A stretch of DNA of 60,205 bases, the filler included. It is 4 parts of 4 records of this genome, joined end to end, with 100 filler letters (N's around TTAATTAATTAA, not from the genome) between each part and the next. Parts side by side here need not be neighbours in the genome. Positions count along the whole stretch, not along the records: positions 13,747 to 40,700 come from SRR20825006_399; 3 more parts are not named here. One strand, 5' to 3'. A program made the position numbers and the translations under genes. A model generated the notes under the pieces. The model had not been told where the DNA came from, made no database searches, and was given only the letters and a program-made list of their open reading frames with translations. Positions 31,840-40,457 of the stretch are shown piece by piece. Position 1 is the stretch's first letter, and every line of letters starts with the position of its first letter.

Positions 31840-33006
31840 CTAACTGCTGCTCACCGAAACCTCAATCCGTCGCGATCCGGGTCGAGTCAACAACGTCAAT
31901 ATCCATTCAAGCGGGCCGCGCGATGCCCCCCTGAACCAGACTTGTGCAAATACAACCCATCCCAGATACATCACCAATGAAATCCACAAACAGTCGACCA
32001 AACTGACCTGATTGTGCAATCCGGCACCATATCCAAAAAATACAAACCCCATGATCAACGACATGCCAAGGTAGATGGTCAGTGACATGCGTCCTGCTGG
32101 CGCAATAAATGATGTCAAACCGTTACATGATCTCGACATGAAGCCCCACATCGCTACTGACACCAGAACAAGAGACAGCGGCACAGCGAACAACGGACGC
32201 AAAATCAGGGCCATCATAAAGAAGCGTTCTGGCTCTGCTGATGCTGGCAAGGCGGCCAACACGCCATAAACCACGCTACCCAGAATTGCCGGAATGACCG
32301 CAAACGATGCAATCAATCGCAACCTGCCAATCAGAACATCAAATCCAAGTGCATCACAATATCGCGCGGCGGCCAACCCGCCGCACATCGCTGCCGCCAC
32401 CAACAGGTAATTGCTCCAAAGACAGTAAAGCTGGAACCCGCTCCAGCTATCGAGCCGGATGGCCATGACATCAACAAAACTCCCCGACGCCAGCACTTCG
32501 GAAACCGGTATGTCCGGCGCAACATAAGGTACAGGGTTTACCGTCATGTTTACACCAAACAAGGCATTGCCAATAACAGCCCAAGCCCATAGTCCGATGG
32601 CATAGGTCAGAAGAGAACGTACCGAATGATTGCGCACAAAGACCAACAACAGGCCAATGACCGCATAGGGTAAAAGAATATCTGCTTCAAACAGCAGCGT
32701 CAGGTTCACCACGCCAAACAATGCCAAGACCACGAGACGTCGAATGTAGAATGACAGACCGTAACGCTGAAACTGTTGAAAGGCAGCAAAACCAAACAGC
32801 GCAGAAAAGATCAGGATAAACTTGCTTTCAAACAGCCCCTGAATCACACCAGCAGCGATGACATTCGCCCAAAGTGGCGTTGCATCCTGCCATACCCCAC
32901 CGGCAAAGCCATACGTAATGGCAAAAAATGGCAGATTGACCACGAGTATCCCAAACAGGGCAAACGCACGAAGTGCATCAATTGAAGGTTCGCGTTGCTT
33001 GAACAT
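31840..33006 (-). CDS. DUF418 (YeiB-like) membrane protein
   Basis: IDALRAFALFGILVVN, KFILIFSALFG, DILLPYA, GRMSLTIY, GPLEW. Confidence 0.85.
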   Translation of the reverse strand: MFKQREPSIDALRAFALFGILVVNLPFFAITYGFAGGVWQDATPLWANVIAAGVIQGLFESKFILIFSALFGFAAFQQFQRYGLSFYIRRLVVLALFGVVNLTLLFEADILLPYAVIGLLLVFVRNHSVRSLLTYAIGLWAWAVIGNALFGVNMTVNPVPYVAPDIPVSEVLASGSFVDVMAIRLDSWSGFQLYCLWSNYLLVAAAMCGGLAAARYCDALGFDVLIGRLRLIASFAVIPAILGSVVYGVLAALPASAEPERFFMMALILRPLFAVPLSLVLVSVAMWGFMSRSCNGLTSFIAPAGRMSLTIYLGMSLIMGFVFFGYGAGLHNQVSLVDCLWISLVMYLGWVVFAQVWFRGASRGPLEWILTLLTRPGSRRIEVSVSSS

Positions 33007-33041
33007 TTATCTTTCCTTTGATGATAACGCGTTAAAGGAAA

Positions 33042-33067
33042 GACGTTTGGGATATCGGTAAGTTCAG
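33042..33067 (-). promoter_or_regulatory. Putative ECF promoter, class B (DUF418 gene)
   Basis: Minus strand CTGAACTT-accgatatcccaaa-CGTC. Confidence 0.62.
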
Positions 33068-33224
33068 GCTAAAGACGGTCGCTATATCTCAAAGCGAGAG
33101 CGCATCTCTATCTTTTCGATCAATTTCGTTACGTGAACAGTAGAATTACCGATCAATATAGCCCCCAATTGAGACAACCATTCCTACAGAAAATAAAATT
33201 CGCAACTCGTAAACCGTAACCTAT

Positions 33225-33268
33225 GAAACAAAACACCCCGCTCGACTTTCACCGAGCAGGGTGTTTTG
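33225..33268 (-). terminator. Intrinsic terminator downstream of the tRNA remnant
   Basis: CAAAACACCC..GCTCG / CGAGC..GGGTGTTTTG stem, followed by TTTC on the minus strand. Confidence 0.7.
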
Positions 33269-33315
33269 ATCTAGAGCACTGCTATATCTCGCACAGGAGC
33301 GAGTTATAACAGAAG

Positions 33316-33329
33316 TGGTTGCGGGGACA
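33316..33329 (-). repeat. tRNA(fMet-like) 3'-end fragment, probable att site of an integrated element
   Basis: Minus strand TGTCCCCGCAACCA; no T-arm or rest of the tRNA upstream. Confidence 0.6.
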
Positions 33330-33466
33330 ATCGCCGATGTTCGATTCACTTCCACGGGATTTGCAGATTTTAGCTCAATAGAGCGATTAGATCGCTAACC
33401 CGTGATAGATTGGGATCATATCTTTCTCTTCCTTGTCAAGTCGTTAATGACCTGATGGGGTAGTAG

Positions 33467-33841
33467 ATGGTCGCCACTTGGGGACAGGCAAAAATCGAGT
33501 TCATCGCCCTATGCGATGAGATTTTCGATGAGCATCTGAAAGGTAAATCCAGAAACCGGATTTACCTCGATCTGCGTTCAGCAGGTCGCATCACCATGTC
33601 CCAGCGATCCTTCTATTCCTGGTTCGACACCCTTTCGTCCAGCACGTCTCCCGAACCTCCCCTCATCAATGCCAGCAACGCAGTCAGGCAATTGCCTGCT
33701 CATACGGCTGTGGCTGTTTTGCAAAGTGCTCCCCCTGTCTCGGGCAAGGCCTCCGATACATCCGCCATTGAAGGCCGGGTTGAGACAGGGCGCATGCAAA
33801 TTTGGGACGACGATCCACAACCGAATGAGGCCGAGCAATGA
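33467..33841 (+). CDS. TraK-like protein
   Basis: AKIEFIALCDEI..GKSRNRIYLDL..GRITMSQRSFYSWF resembles IncP TraK; traL/traM-like genes lie downstream. Confidence 0.55.
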   Translation: MVATWGQAKIEFIALCDEIFDEHLKGKSRNRIYLDLRSAGRITMSQRSFYSWFDTLSSSTSPEPPLINASNAVRQLPAHTAVAVLQSAPPVSGKASDTSAIEGRVETGRMQIWDDDPQPNEAEQ

Positions 33842-34011
33842 CCAGAATGGTTACCTCCTGCGGCAACGATCCGCCTTCCCGTCAAGTCAATCACCTCCGT
33901 GCTTCGGGTGCGGTCTGGTGAGCCATAAACGCCCCAACGCCTCCGCCCGTTACCCGGTTTGAAGACCGGGTCGGGCCTAAGGCGTCAAGGACAGAAATTT
34001 AGGGGAAGTCA

Positions 34012-34341
34012 ATGAAACGCCTAGTCGTAGCAGGATTGTTCGCAGTCATATTGGGGAGCCCATCTGCGTTTGCAGGGTGGCTGGTATATGATGTTGAAAA
34101 ATGGCCGTCTGGTCGCAACGGATTGATGTTTGAGCCCAATCCGCAATTGCCTGCCGGTCTGATCACGTGCCGCGTCATCACGGTTCAGCGAAAGAAGCCG
34201 CTTGTCCTGCAATCTGACGAACTCACGTTGGATCCTCGCACTGACAGCCTAGTCTGCGACTATGCGGAAACGACGGGAAAGAAAGTTCAATCTTCACCAG
34301 CCTTTGAAGATGACCAAGAGTCAGGGGCGGGTGCAAATTGA
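34012..34341 (+). CDS. Hypothetical exported protein
   Basis: MKRLVVAGLFAVILGSPSAFA signal peptide, GGGGA RBS, two Cys. Confidence 0.6.
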   Translation: MKRLVVAGLFAVILGSPSAFAGWLVYDVEKWPSGRNGLMFEPNPQLPAGLITCRVITVQRKKPLVLQSDELTLDPRTDSLVCDYAETTGKKVQSSPAFEDDQESGAGAN

Positions 34342-35030
34342 TGACCTCTCAAAGCAGTGCGAATGCCGAACACCGGATAGCTGTCGACATTGTCGATCCT
34401 GCCCTGATATCGGCGATTTCTCAATTTCACCAGTTCAACATCACCAAACGAACGCTTCACCGCCTTGCCGAGAGCGCAAGAGATATCGGTCTGCAATTCG
34501 TTATCGGTGGCGAAACGCTTGATCTTAATGAAGAACAGCGTGACGCTCTGGCACGTTCACTGGCTTACCTTCATGTATCGCTGAATTACCCATTCTGCCC
34601 GGATGAATGGGAGAAGATAGCAGACGACCGAATTCGTGATGGGTGGGCTCTTGGGCTGCTGCTTCAGCTTCTTGAGGAACTTGCACAAGCGAATGTTCAT
34701 TTGGCAGCTTTCGCGTCAGGCAAGATTGAACAACCTTGGCCGCATGAGAACCCCGAACACTCCGGTGCAGAAATAAGCGCCCCGAGATTGCCTGCTGGCG
34801 AAACTGGCTGGCCGCCCTTCCTTACACGTTTTATCGGCTGTGTTCTTGGAAGTTTTATTGGTGTGCTTCTCGCCCAGTGGTTGGTCGAAAGTGTGCTTGT
34901 TGAAACGCCTCCCCAGATATCGTTTCCGGCATACGGAGAGATTGAAGAGTTCGATCTCCCCGATCTCCCGTTACCAATTGATCAGTTCGAAAGACTGGTA
35001 GAGCCGGTTCGGCCGATGGAGGTCGAATGA
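34338..35030 (+). CDS. Hypothetical protein with one C-terminal TM segment
   Basis: 230-aa ORF overlapping both neighbours; FIGCVLGSFIGVLLAQWLV. Confidence 0.6.
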   Translation: MMTSQSSANAEHRIAVDIVDPALISAISQFHQFNITKRTLHRLAESARDIGLQFVIGGETLDLNEEQRDALARSLAYLHVSLNYPFCPDEWEKIADDRIRDGWALGLLLQLLEELAQANVHLAAFASGKIEQPWPHENPEHSGAEISAPRLPAGETGWPPFLTRFIGCVLGSFIGVLLAQWLVESVLVETPPQISFPAYGEIEEFDLPDLPLPIDQFERLVEPVRPMEVE

Positions 35031-35260
35031 ACTGGCAAGCCGATTATCTCGCTTTCCATCGTCGTATCCATGAACAGCGCAAAGCGCTTGGCATGTCTCA
35101 GATCAAGACCGCCAGCCTGATTGGTGTGTCTGAAAGAACCTATCGCAATTTCGAAAACGGTACCGGGGAACTTGAAGGTGCGAAGCTTTTCAAACTCGCC
35201 AGTTCGCTCGGTATCAAAATCATCATTTCAGACGGAGTTATCGCTGATGGCGTTGATTAA
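35027..35260 (+). CDS. XRE-family HTH regulator
   Basis: RKALGMSQIKTASLIGVSERTYRNFENG. Confidence 0.85.
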   Translation: MNWQADYLAFHRRIHEQRKALGMSQIKTASLIGVSERTYRNFENGTGELEGAKLFKLASSLGIKIIISDGVIADGVD

Positions 35261-35993
35261 CATCACTCTTCAGGGCAAGGGTGGCGTCGGCAAGTCCTTC
35301 ATCAACAGCCTGTTGATGCAGTATTACGCCAAGCGCCAGATTGAGGCTCAGGGTTTCGATACTGACCCGGTCAATCAGACGCTTGCCGGTTATAAAGCCT
35401 TTCCGGTGAAAGCTGTAAAGCTTGGCGATCGGGACGACGAAATCAACCCGCGCTATTTCGATTATTTGATCGAAGACATCGTAGCACTTCCCGAAAACGC
35501 TGCCGCCAATATCGATAATGGTGCCAGCACATTCCTGCCGCTTCTATCCTACCTTCTGGAATCACAGGTTCTTTCAATGTTGCGTGAAGCCGGTCACGAA
35601 GTCCGGCTGCATTGTGTGCTGGTGGGCGGGCAAGCACTGGATGACACGTTACGGGGACTGGCGGAGGTGCTGGTTCACCTTCCTGACGTTGCCGTAGTCG
35701 TCTGGATCAATGAATTCGTCTACGGCCGGGTGGAAAGAAACCGCCCGGGTATGGAGCCCGAAGGCTTCGAACAAACGGCCCTCTTTAAGAAAAACAAGGA
35801 CCGTTACCACAGTCTAGTCCGGCTTCCCGAACTCCGCCAATCCACCTACGGCTTTGACATCAAACAGATGACACAGGCGCGGTTGTCTTTCGAGGAAGCT
35901 ATTGCGTCTCCTGACTTCAAGATCATGCAAAAGCAGCGCCTCAGAACAACGTGGGGCACCCTCTTCAACATCATGGAAGAGGCGATGCTCTGA
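35247..35993 (+). CDS. traL: Conjugal transfer TraL-like P-loop NTPase
   Basis: LQGKGGVGKS, DTDPVN, IDNGASTFLPL, GGQALDDT, VWINE; start moved to ATG 35247. Confidence 0.8.
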   Translation: MALINITLQGKGGVGKSFINSLLMQYYAKRQIEAQGFDTDPVNQTLAGYKAFPVKAVKLGDRDDEINPRYFDYLIEDIVALPENAAANIDNGASTFLPLLSYLLESQVLSMLREAGHEVRLHCVLVGGQALDDTLRGLAEVLVHLPDVAVVVWINEFVYGRVERNRPGMEPEGFEQTALFKKNKDRYHSLVRLPELRQSTYGFDIKQMTQARLSFEEAIASPDFKIMQKQRLRTTWGTLFNIMEEAML

Positions 35994-36430
35994 TGTCTGC
36001 TCTCGACGATATGCCGCCGCTTCCAAATAGCATCGAGACAATCGATGAACTTCGCACATTTCTGTGGAAGCAGCATGGGGTCACGGTCGGAGAAGACGAT
36101 CCGATCCTGCTGGTTTTCACAATGCTGCGTGTCGGGCTTGATCAGCAAGAGCGGTATAACGAACGGGAACGTCGAGCTCTGGCCGAAGCAGTACAAGCCG
36201 CTGCCGACACCTTCACGCGCGATGTCGATATTTCGATCAAGACCTTCAAAAATGAGGCAATTGGCGATGTCGTTCGCGAGCGTGTTGAAGCCATGAACGA
36301 GGCCGCCCGTCAGGCGGATCGCGCTACGGGCAAGTTCAGGAAAAACCTTCTGTACCTATCGATAATCACTGCCGTGAACCTGATTGCCGTCGTTTTCAAC
36401 GTCGGTCTGCTTTTTGCGGCCGCTCGCTAA
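35993..36430 (+). CDS. TraM-like conjugal transfer protein
   Basis: KQHGVTVGEDDPIL motif and C-terminal TM; follows traL with a TGATG overlap. Confidence 0.65.
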   Translation: MSALDDMPPLPNSIETIDELRTFLWKQHGVTVGEDDPILLVFTMLRVGLDQQERYNERERRALAEAVQAAADTFTRDVDISIKTFKNEAIGDVVRERVEAMNEAARQADRATGKFRKNLLYLSIITAVNLIAVVFNVGLLFAAAR

Positions 36431-36460
36431 TTGACGAATTCAAATACAGACGAGGATCTA

Positions 36461-36805
36461 ATGAAAATCAAATCATTCATCGGAGCTGTCACCAGCAATG
36501 TTCTGCTCTCCATCATGCTTGCAGAACAGGCTCTCGCCCAAGGCGTCGATCTTGGTGGTGAGGGTGGCGCAGGTGGCTCCGACAAGAAGTGGTACAGCTG
36601 GATCGTCGACGGGCTGAACCTGATTTCAGAAGGTGTCGGGGCGATTGTCGCTGTAATGCTCGGCTTGGGCCTAATGTTTTGGGGCGGCTGGGGGGCACTC
36701 ACAGGTCAAATGGACCCCAAACAAGCATTTATCCGCGTGATTGGCGGAATTATCGCAGTCGCCGGCCCTTTGATGGCCGACGGTCTTCTATCATTCATCG
36801 AATAG
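36461..36805 (+). CDS. VirB2/TrbC-like pilin
   Basis: Signal ending in ALAQ plus two hydrophobic helices; precedes virB3/virB4-like genes. Confidence 0.7.
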   Translation: MKIKSFIGAVTSNVLLSIMLAEQALAQGVDLGGEGGAGGSDKKWYSWIVDGLNLISEGVGAIVAVMLGLGLMFWGGWGALTGQMDPKQAFIRVIGGIIAVAGPLMADGLLSFIE

Positions 36806-36818
36806 TCGCGAGGTAGCA

Positions 36819-37124
36819 ATGAAAGCCGCAAGCCTCGTCCAGACCCACATTCAGCACGAAATGACCATCGCAGGCCTTCCTTTAAGGTTGCTCTTCGTCT
36901 CGGCCACGTTTGGAGTTTCAGCACTTGTAATACCCTTGATCGCCCGATCTCTGGTGCTTGCAATCCCATGTGGAGCAATCGGGATCGTTGGCAGCTGGCT
37001 TATTCTCGTTCGTCGTTATCGTAACGATCCATTCTTTGACAAGCAGCTTCTTCTTGCCCCGCGATACTGGGTCAAACGCAAAGGGAAACTCTCTATCCTG
37101 TCTGCCGGAGGTCAGTCAGAATGA
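36819..37124 (+). CDS. VirB3-like T4SS protein
   Basis: TIAGLP, two TMs and NDPFF; directly upstream of virB4-like gene. Confidence 0.75.
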   Translation: MKAASLVQTHIQHEMTIAGLPLRLLFVSATFGVSALVIPLIARSLVLAIPCGAIGIVGSWLILVRRYRNDPFFDKQLLLAPRYWVKRKGKLSILSAGGQSE

Positions 37125-39514
37125 TTTGGCCCGAGGTAATCTCCACCGGAATGATATCTTTGATGGGTGCTGGTCTTGCCGTACCGGCTGCCCGCAAACT
37201 GATGCTCGGCGACCTGCAGCAAGACTGGTTACAGGATGAGCTTGAACTCGATTGCATCGATCAGATTGACGATGTGACCATCCGGAACAAGGACGGTTCC
37301 GTTTCGCGGGTATGGCACATCGAAGGCACCAGCTACGACGCTCGGATTGATGTCGAGCAGAACACGATGATGCATGGTCGTTCTGATCTGATTATGGAGC
37401 TCGGCAAAACCGGTGTTGCTATCCGCTTCATTGGCGTCAAACGCCAGCGCCAAATTAGCAATCAGGCAACATGGCCCAACGCTGTTTTAGACGAGATCGG
37501 AACAGCTGAGGCCGAACGGTTCAAGGCCAGTTATTTTATCGACTGGTACCTGATGCTCTCTGCTTCGGAAATGCGCCCGCTTAGTGAAGCCGAAGAAAAG
37601 ATAGATGCATTGCTCGCCCCCTATCGTCCTTCGGTTCTGCGCAAAGCCGAAACTAATGACGAAGCCTGCCCGCTGACCGGTTTCCTGAACGGTCTGGTCT
37701 GCGGGGAATACCGGCACGACCTGCCGTCTGCCAGCCGCAATATATCGGGAGGTTTACCCGCCTCCGATATCTCGTTTGACAAAATTAGCGGCACAATAAC
37801 GACGAATGTTCCGCAGCAAAAATTCCAGAAGATCATCACGGTCACCCATTGGCCCGAACAGATCTCTGCCCGGTTCATGGGAGAAATCCTGACCTTGGAG
37901 GGTGACATTGAAATCAGTCAGGTCTGCGAGCCCTGGGGACGCGATCAGGCCACAATGTTTTTCAAGCGTCGGCAAAAATCTGAAGAAAGCACGTGGTTCG
38001 GTAACCCGGCGGCAGCGAAGGAAACAGACGCCCTTCTCAAGTATCTCGCGTCGGGCAATGTCGGACTGTTTGCCTCGCAATTCTGTATTATTGCACGCGC
38101 CGAAACGGCAGAAGCGCTCGATCTTCTGATCCAACAAATTGCCGTCATTCTCGGTGATCAGCGTATCGGTTATTCCATCCAGACAGCCGGTGCGCCTGCC
38201 TGCTGGTTCTTCCGCCTGCCCAAACCGGGTAAGGGTGGCTTGCTGCCCCCGGGCGGGCGGATGATGGCAAGTCTTGATCTTCGCGATCAGAATATTGCAG
38301 CGATATGGGCCTTCCCGCATTCCGCAACCGGTATGCTGGAAAGCCCGCTTGGCCCTGCCCCCGTTCGCTGGTTTGCCACCCCTAGCGGCCAAACCTATGC
38401 ATTCCAGTTCCATGTCGTGAACAAGCCGCTCACGCTCGGCAACTTTCTGGTTTTTGCTCCGGCCGGCAGTGGCAAATCCACTCTGATGATGCATCTGCTT
38501 GGCGGGCTGGCAAAGTTCCCGAATGTCCGTTCCTACCTGTTCGATTCACAGGAAGGTTCTAGATATATGATTGAGGCAATGGGTGGGCTTTATCAGGCCT
38601 ATGACGGCCTTGCTCTGAACCCGCTGGATGTCGGCGAAGACACCCCCGGAAACAGGGAACGTATAAGGCTTATTCTCAAGTCGATTGCAGGTATCGATCT
38701 CGACAAGGAAGACATCCGAGATCTTGATCATGCCGTTGAATTGACCTTTGAGCTTGAGCCGCCTGAACGAACGATCAATGCCATCTACCCTTACGCATTC
38801 GCCCGTCGTTCGGCCCTACGCGAAGCTTTTGCCCAATGGGTTGTTGACGACAAGGGCAACAAGGGCCTTCGCAGTCATATTTTCAACGCTCCTCGGGACA
38901 GCCTCGGTGGTGTTCTGAACCAGTCCCACATGGTCGGCCTCAACATGAACGAGGCTTTGGCCGATCCGTCCCTTGGCGGGCCGGTTGTGGCGCACATTTC
39001 CCAAGCGATTGCAAAGTCGGTTGCCGGCCGGGATGACGGGTTTGTGATGACCATCGAGGAAGCGGCCAGACTGCGCCAAAACCTCGGCTTCAGAAACCTA
39101 AGTGAGGTGATGTGGCGTGAATACCGTAAGCTTGGCGGTATTTGCGGCATGATCTTCCAGGACCCGGCAGCCCTCACAAAGTCCGAGGGTTACGAAGCAA
39201 TTATTGAAAACACGGCCGTTTTCATCTTCTTCCCGAATTCGAAGGTCACGGAAGAAAGCTTGCGTCCCTTCAACTTGAACGCCGAGCAAATGCTCTTTGT
39301 TCAGGGTCGCACACGTAGCCGCAGGAAAAATGACAGGCGTGTCCTGATTATCAAACGCGACGAGACCACGGGATACGAGGAAAGCGTCATCGCAGATGTG
39401 GATCTGACGCCACTCGGCAAGTCCCGCCGATTTTACAAGAGCGGCCCACAGGCCAATGCCGAGCTTGCGGCTCTCAAACAGAAATGGGGGGATGCATGGC
39501 CAAGCCACCTTTAA
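37121..39514 (+). CDS. virB4: VirB4-like T4SS ATPase
   Basis: 797 aa; FQFHV..GNFLVFAPAGSGKST, FD..GG.Y, LNPL, RKLGG..FQDP, IFFPN. Confidence 0.85.
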   Translation: MIWPEVISTGMISLMGAGLAVPAARKLMLGDLQQDWLQDELELDCIDQIDDVTIRNKDGSVSRVWHIEGTSYDARIDVEQNTMMHGRSDLIMELGKTGVAIRFIGVKRQRQISNQATWPNAVLDEIGTAEAERFKASYFIDWYLMLSASEMRPLSEAEEKIDALLAPYRPSVLRKAETNDEACPLTGFLNGLVCGEYRHDLPSASRNISGGLPASDISFDKISGTITTNVPQQKFQKIITVTHWPEQISARFMGEILTLEGDIEISQVCEPWGRDQATMFFKRRQKSEESTWFGNPAAAKETDALLKYLASGNVGLFASQFCIIARAETAEALDLLIQQIAVILGDQRIGYSIQTAGAPACWFFRLPKPGKGGLLPPGGRMMASLDLRDQNIAAIWAFPHSATGMLESPLGPAPVRWFATPSGQTYAFQFHVVNKPLTLGNFLVFAPAGSGKSTLMMHLLGGLAKFPNVRSYLFDSQEGSRYMIEAMGGLYQAYDGLALNPLDVGEDTPGNRERIRLILKSIAGIDLDKEDIRDLDHAVELTFELEPPERTINAIYPYAFARRSALREAFAQWVVDDKGNKGLRSHIFNAPRDSLGGVLNQSHMVGLNMNEALADPSLGGPVVAHISQAIAKSVAGRDDGFVMTIEEAARLRQNLGFRNLSEVMWREYRKLGGICGMIFQDPAALTKSEGYEAIIENTAVFIFFPNSKVTEESLRPFNLNAEQMLFVQGRTRSRRKNDRRVLIIKRDETTGYEESVIADVDLTPLGKSRRFYKSGPQANAELAALKQKWGDAWPSHL

Positions 39515-40425
39515 CCCGCTCCCACCTTCAGTCTCTGGTCGTTGCTGTAACCTTGATATTTGTGCCATCCGTGGCACTTGCGACATATCCGGTTTTCGAC
39601 GCGACGTCCTTTGCCAAGCTCACCGAACAGTTCAACAGCCTGCAGAAGCAGCTTGATCAGTTAATGGAGCAAACGGAGATCCTGGGCAAGCTGTCGCGAA
39701 CGGCTCAGGACCAGGTAAATGCGATCGGCAAGATGGGGCGTGTCACCATGCCGATTGTCAACCTTGCCCGACTTGCCCAACAGATTTCCAAAGATGCCAG
39801 GTGCCTCCTTCCGGATCTGAGTGGCCTGATGCCCGGCTTGAGCCTCGACGAGCTTGATTGGGAGAGCATTTGCGCCCGTCGTGCCTTTTATCGCGAAGCC
39901 CTTTGGTTCGATCCCAACGACCCGGATAGCTGGACTTTCGATGAAGGGAACGGCCCTGAAGACTGGTCTGTACCCGATGGCGGAAGTTGGGGCGGCAGTG
40001 GTCCGGCAGACTGGAAAAATCCCGATGCTTCACCTGAAGCAAACAGGGCCTATATCCGTGCCCGCGATACTGCGCGCGAACAGGTTATCCAGCGCCAGAA
40101 CGCGGTTGTCTTTGAAGCCATCAATACCGGATTGGCTCAATCCGATCAGGTCATTGCCCAGGTAGAGGATAACCAGAAAACCGCCGACGAACTGGAAGCT
40201 CAGGCCGAAGCTGCAGAAGACGTAAACGAGCGCATTGCGACGATGAACAAGATCTTGCTGCATCAAAGTCGCCAGCAGACCGCCATCCAGCAGCAAAACG
40301 CACAGCTTCTGCGCATTCAGGCGGCCATGCTGATGAAATTCATGCCACAGCATGCGACATGGGACGAAGCGATGTCCGGTGGCGAGAATGCAGCAGGCAA
40401 CGAACCGGAAGGGTCAGAAGAATGA
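39496..40425 (+). CDS. VirB5/TrbJ-like exported protein
   Basis: Signal peptide, YPVFD motif, Gln-rich coiled coils; follows virB4. Confidence 0.6.
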   Translation: MAKPPLTRSHLQSLVVAVTLIFVPSVALATYPVFDATSFAKLTEQFNSLQKQLDQLMEQTEILGKLSRTAQDQVNAIGKMGRVTMPIVNLARLAQQISKDARCLLPDLSGLMPGLSLDELDWESICARRAFYREALWFDPNDPDSWTFDEGNGPEDWSVPDGGSWGGSGPADWKNPDASPEANRAYIRARDTAREQVIQRQNAVVFEAINTGLAQSDQVIAQVEDNQKTADELEAQAEAAEDVNERIATMNKILLHQSRQQTAIQQQNAQLLRIQAAMLMKFMPQHATWDEAMSGGENAAGNEPEGSEE

Positions 40426-40457
40426 TGCCCCTTCCGATCAAAACGGGTTCACTGCAT

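Noticed and set aside
14083-33006. Siderophore cluster as cargo of the adjacent conjugative element
   Set aside because: The att-like tRNA fragment and its terminator separate them and put the cluster on the chromosomal side; an older independent acquisition cannot be excluded.
33300-33400. Intact tRNA gene
   Set aside because: Only 14 nt of the 3' end match; no T-loop, anticodon arm or D arm.
35247-35993. ParA partition ATPase
   Set aside because: The DNGASTFLPL and GGQALDDT motifs and the downstream traM-like gene fit TraL; no parB is present.
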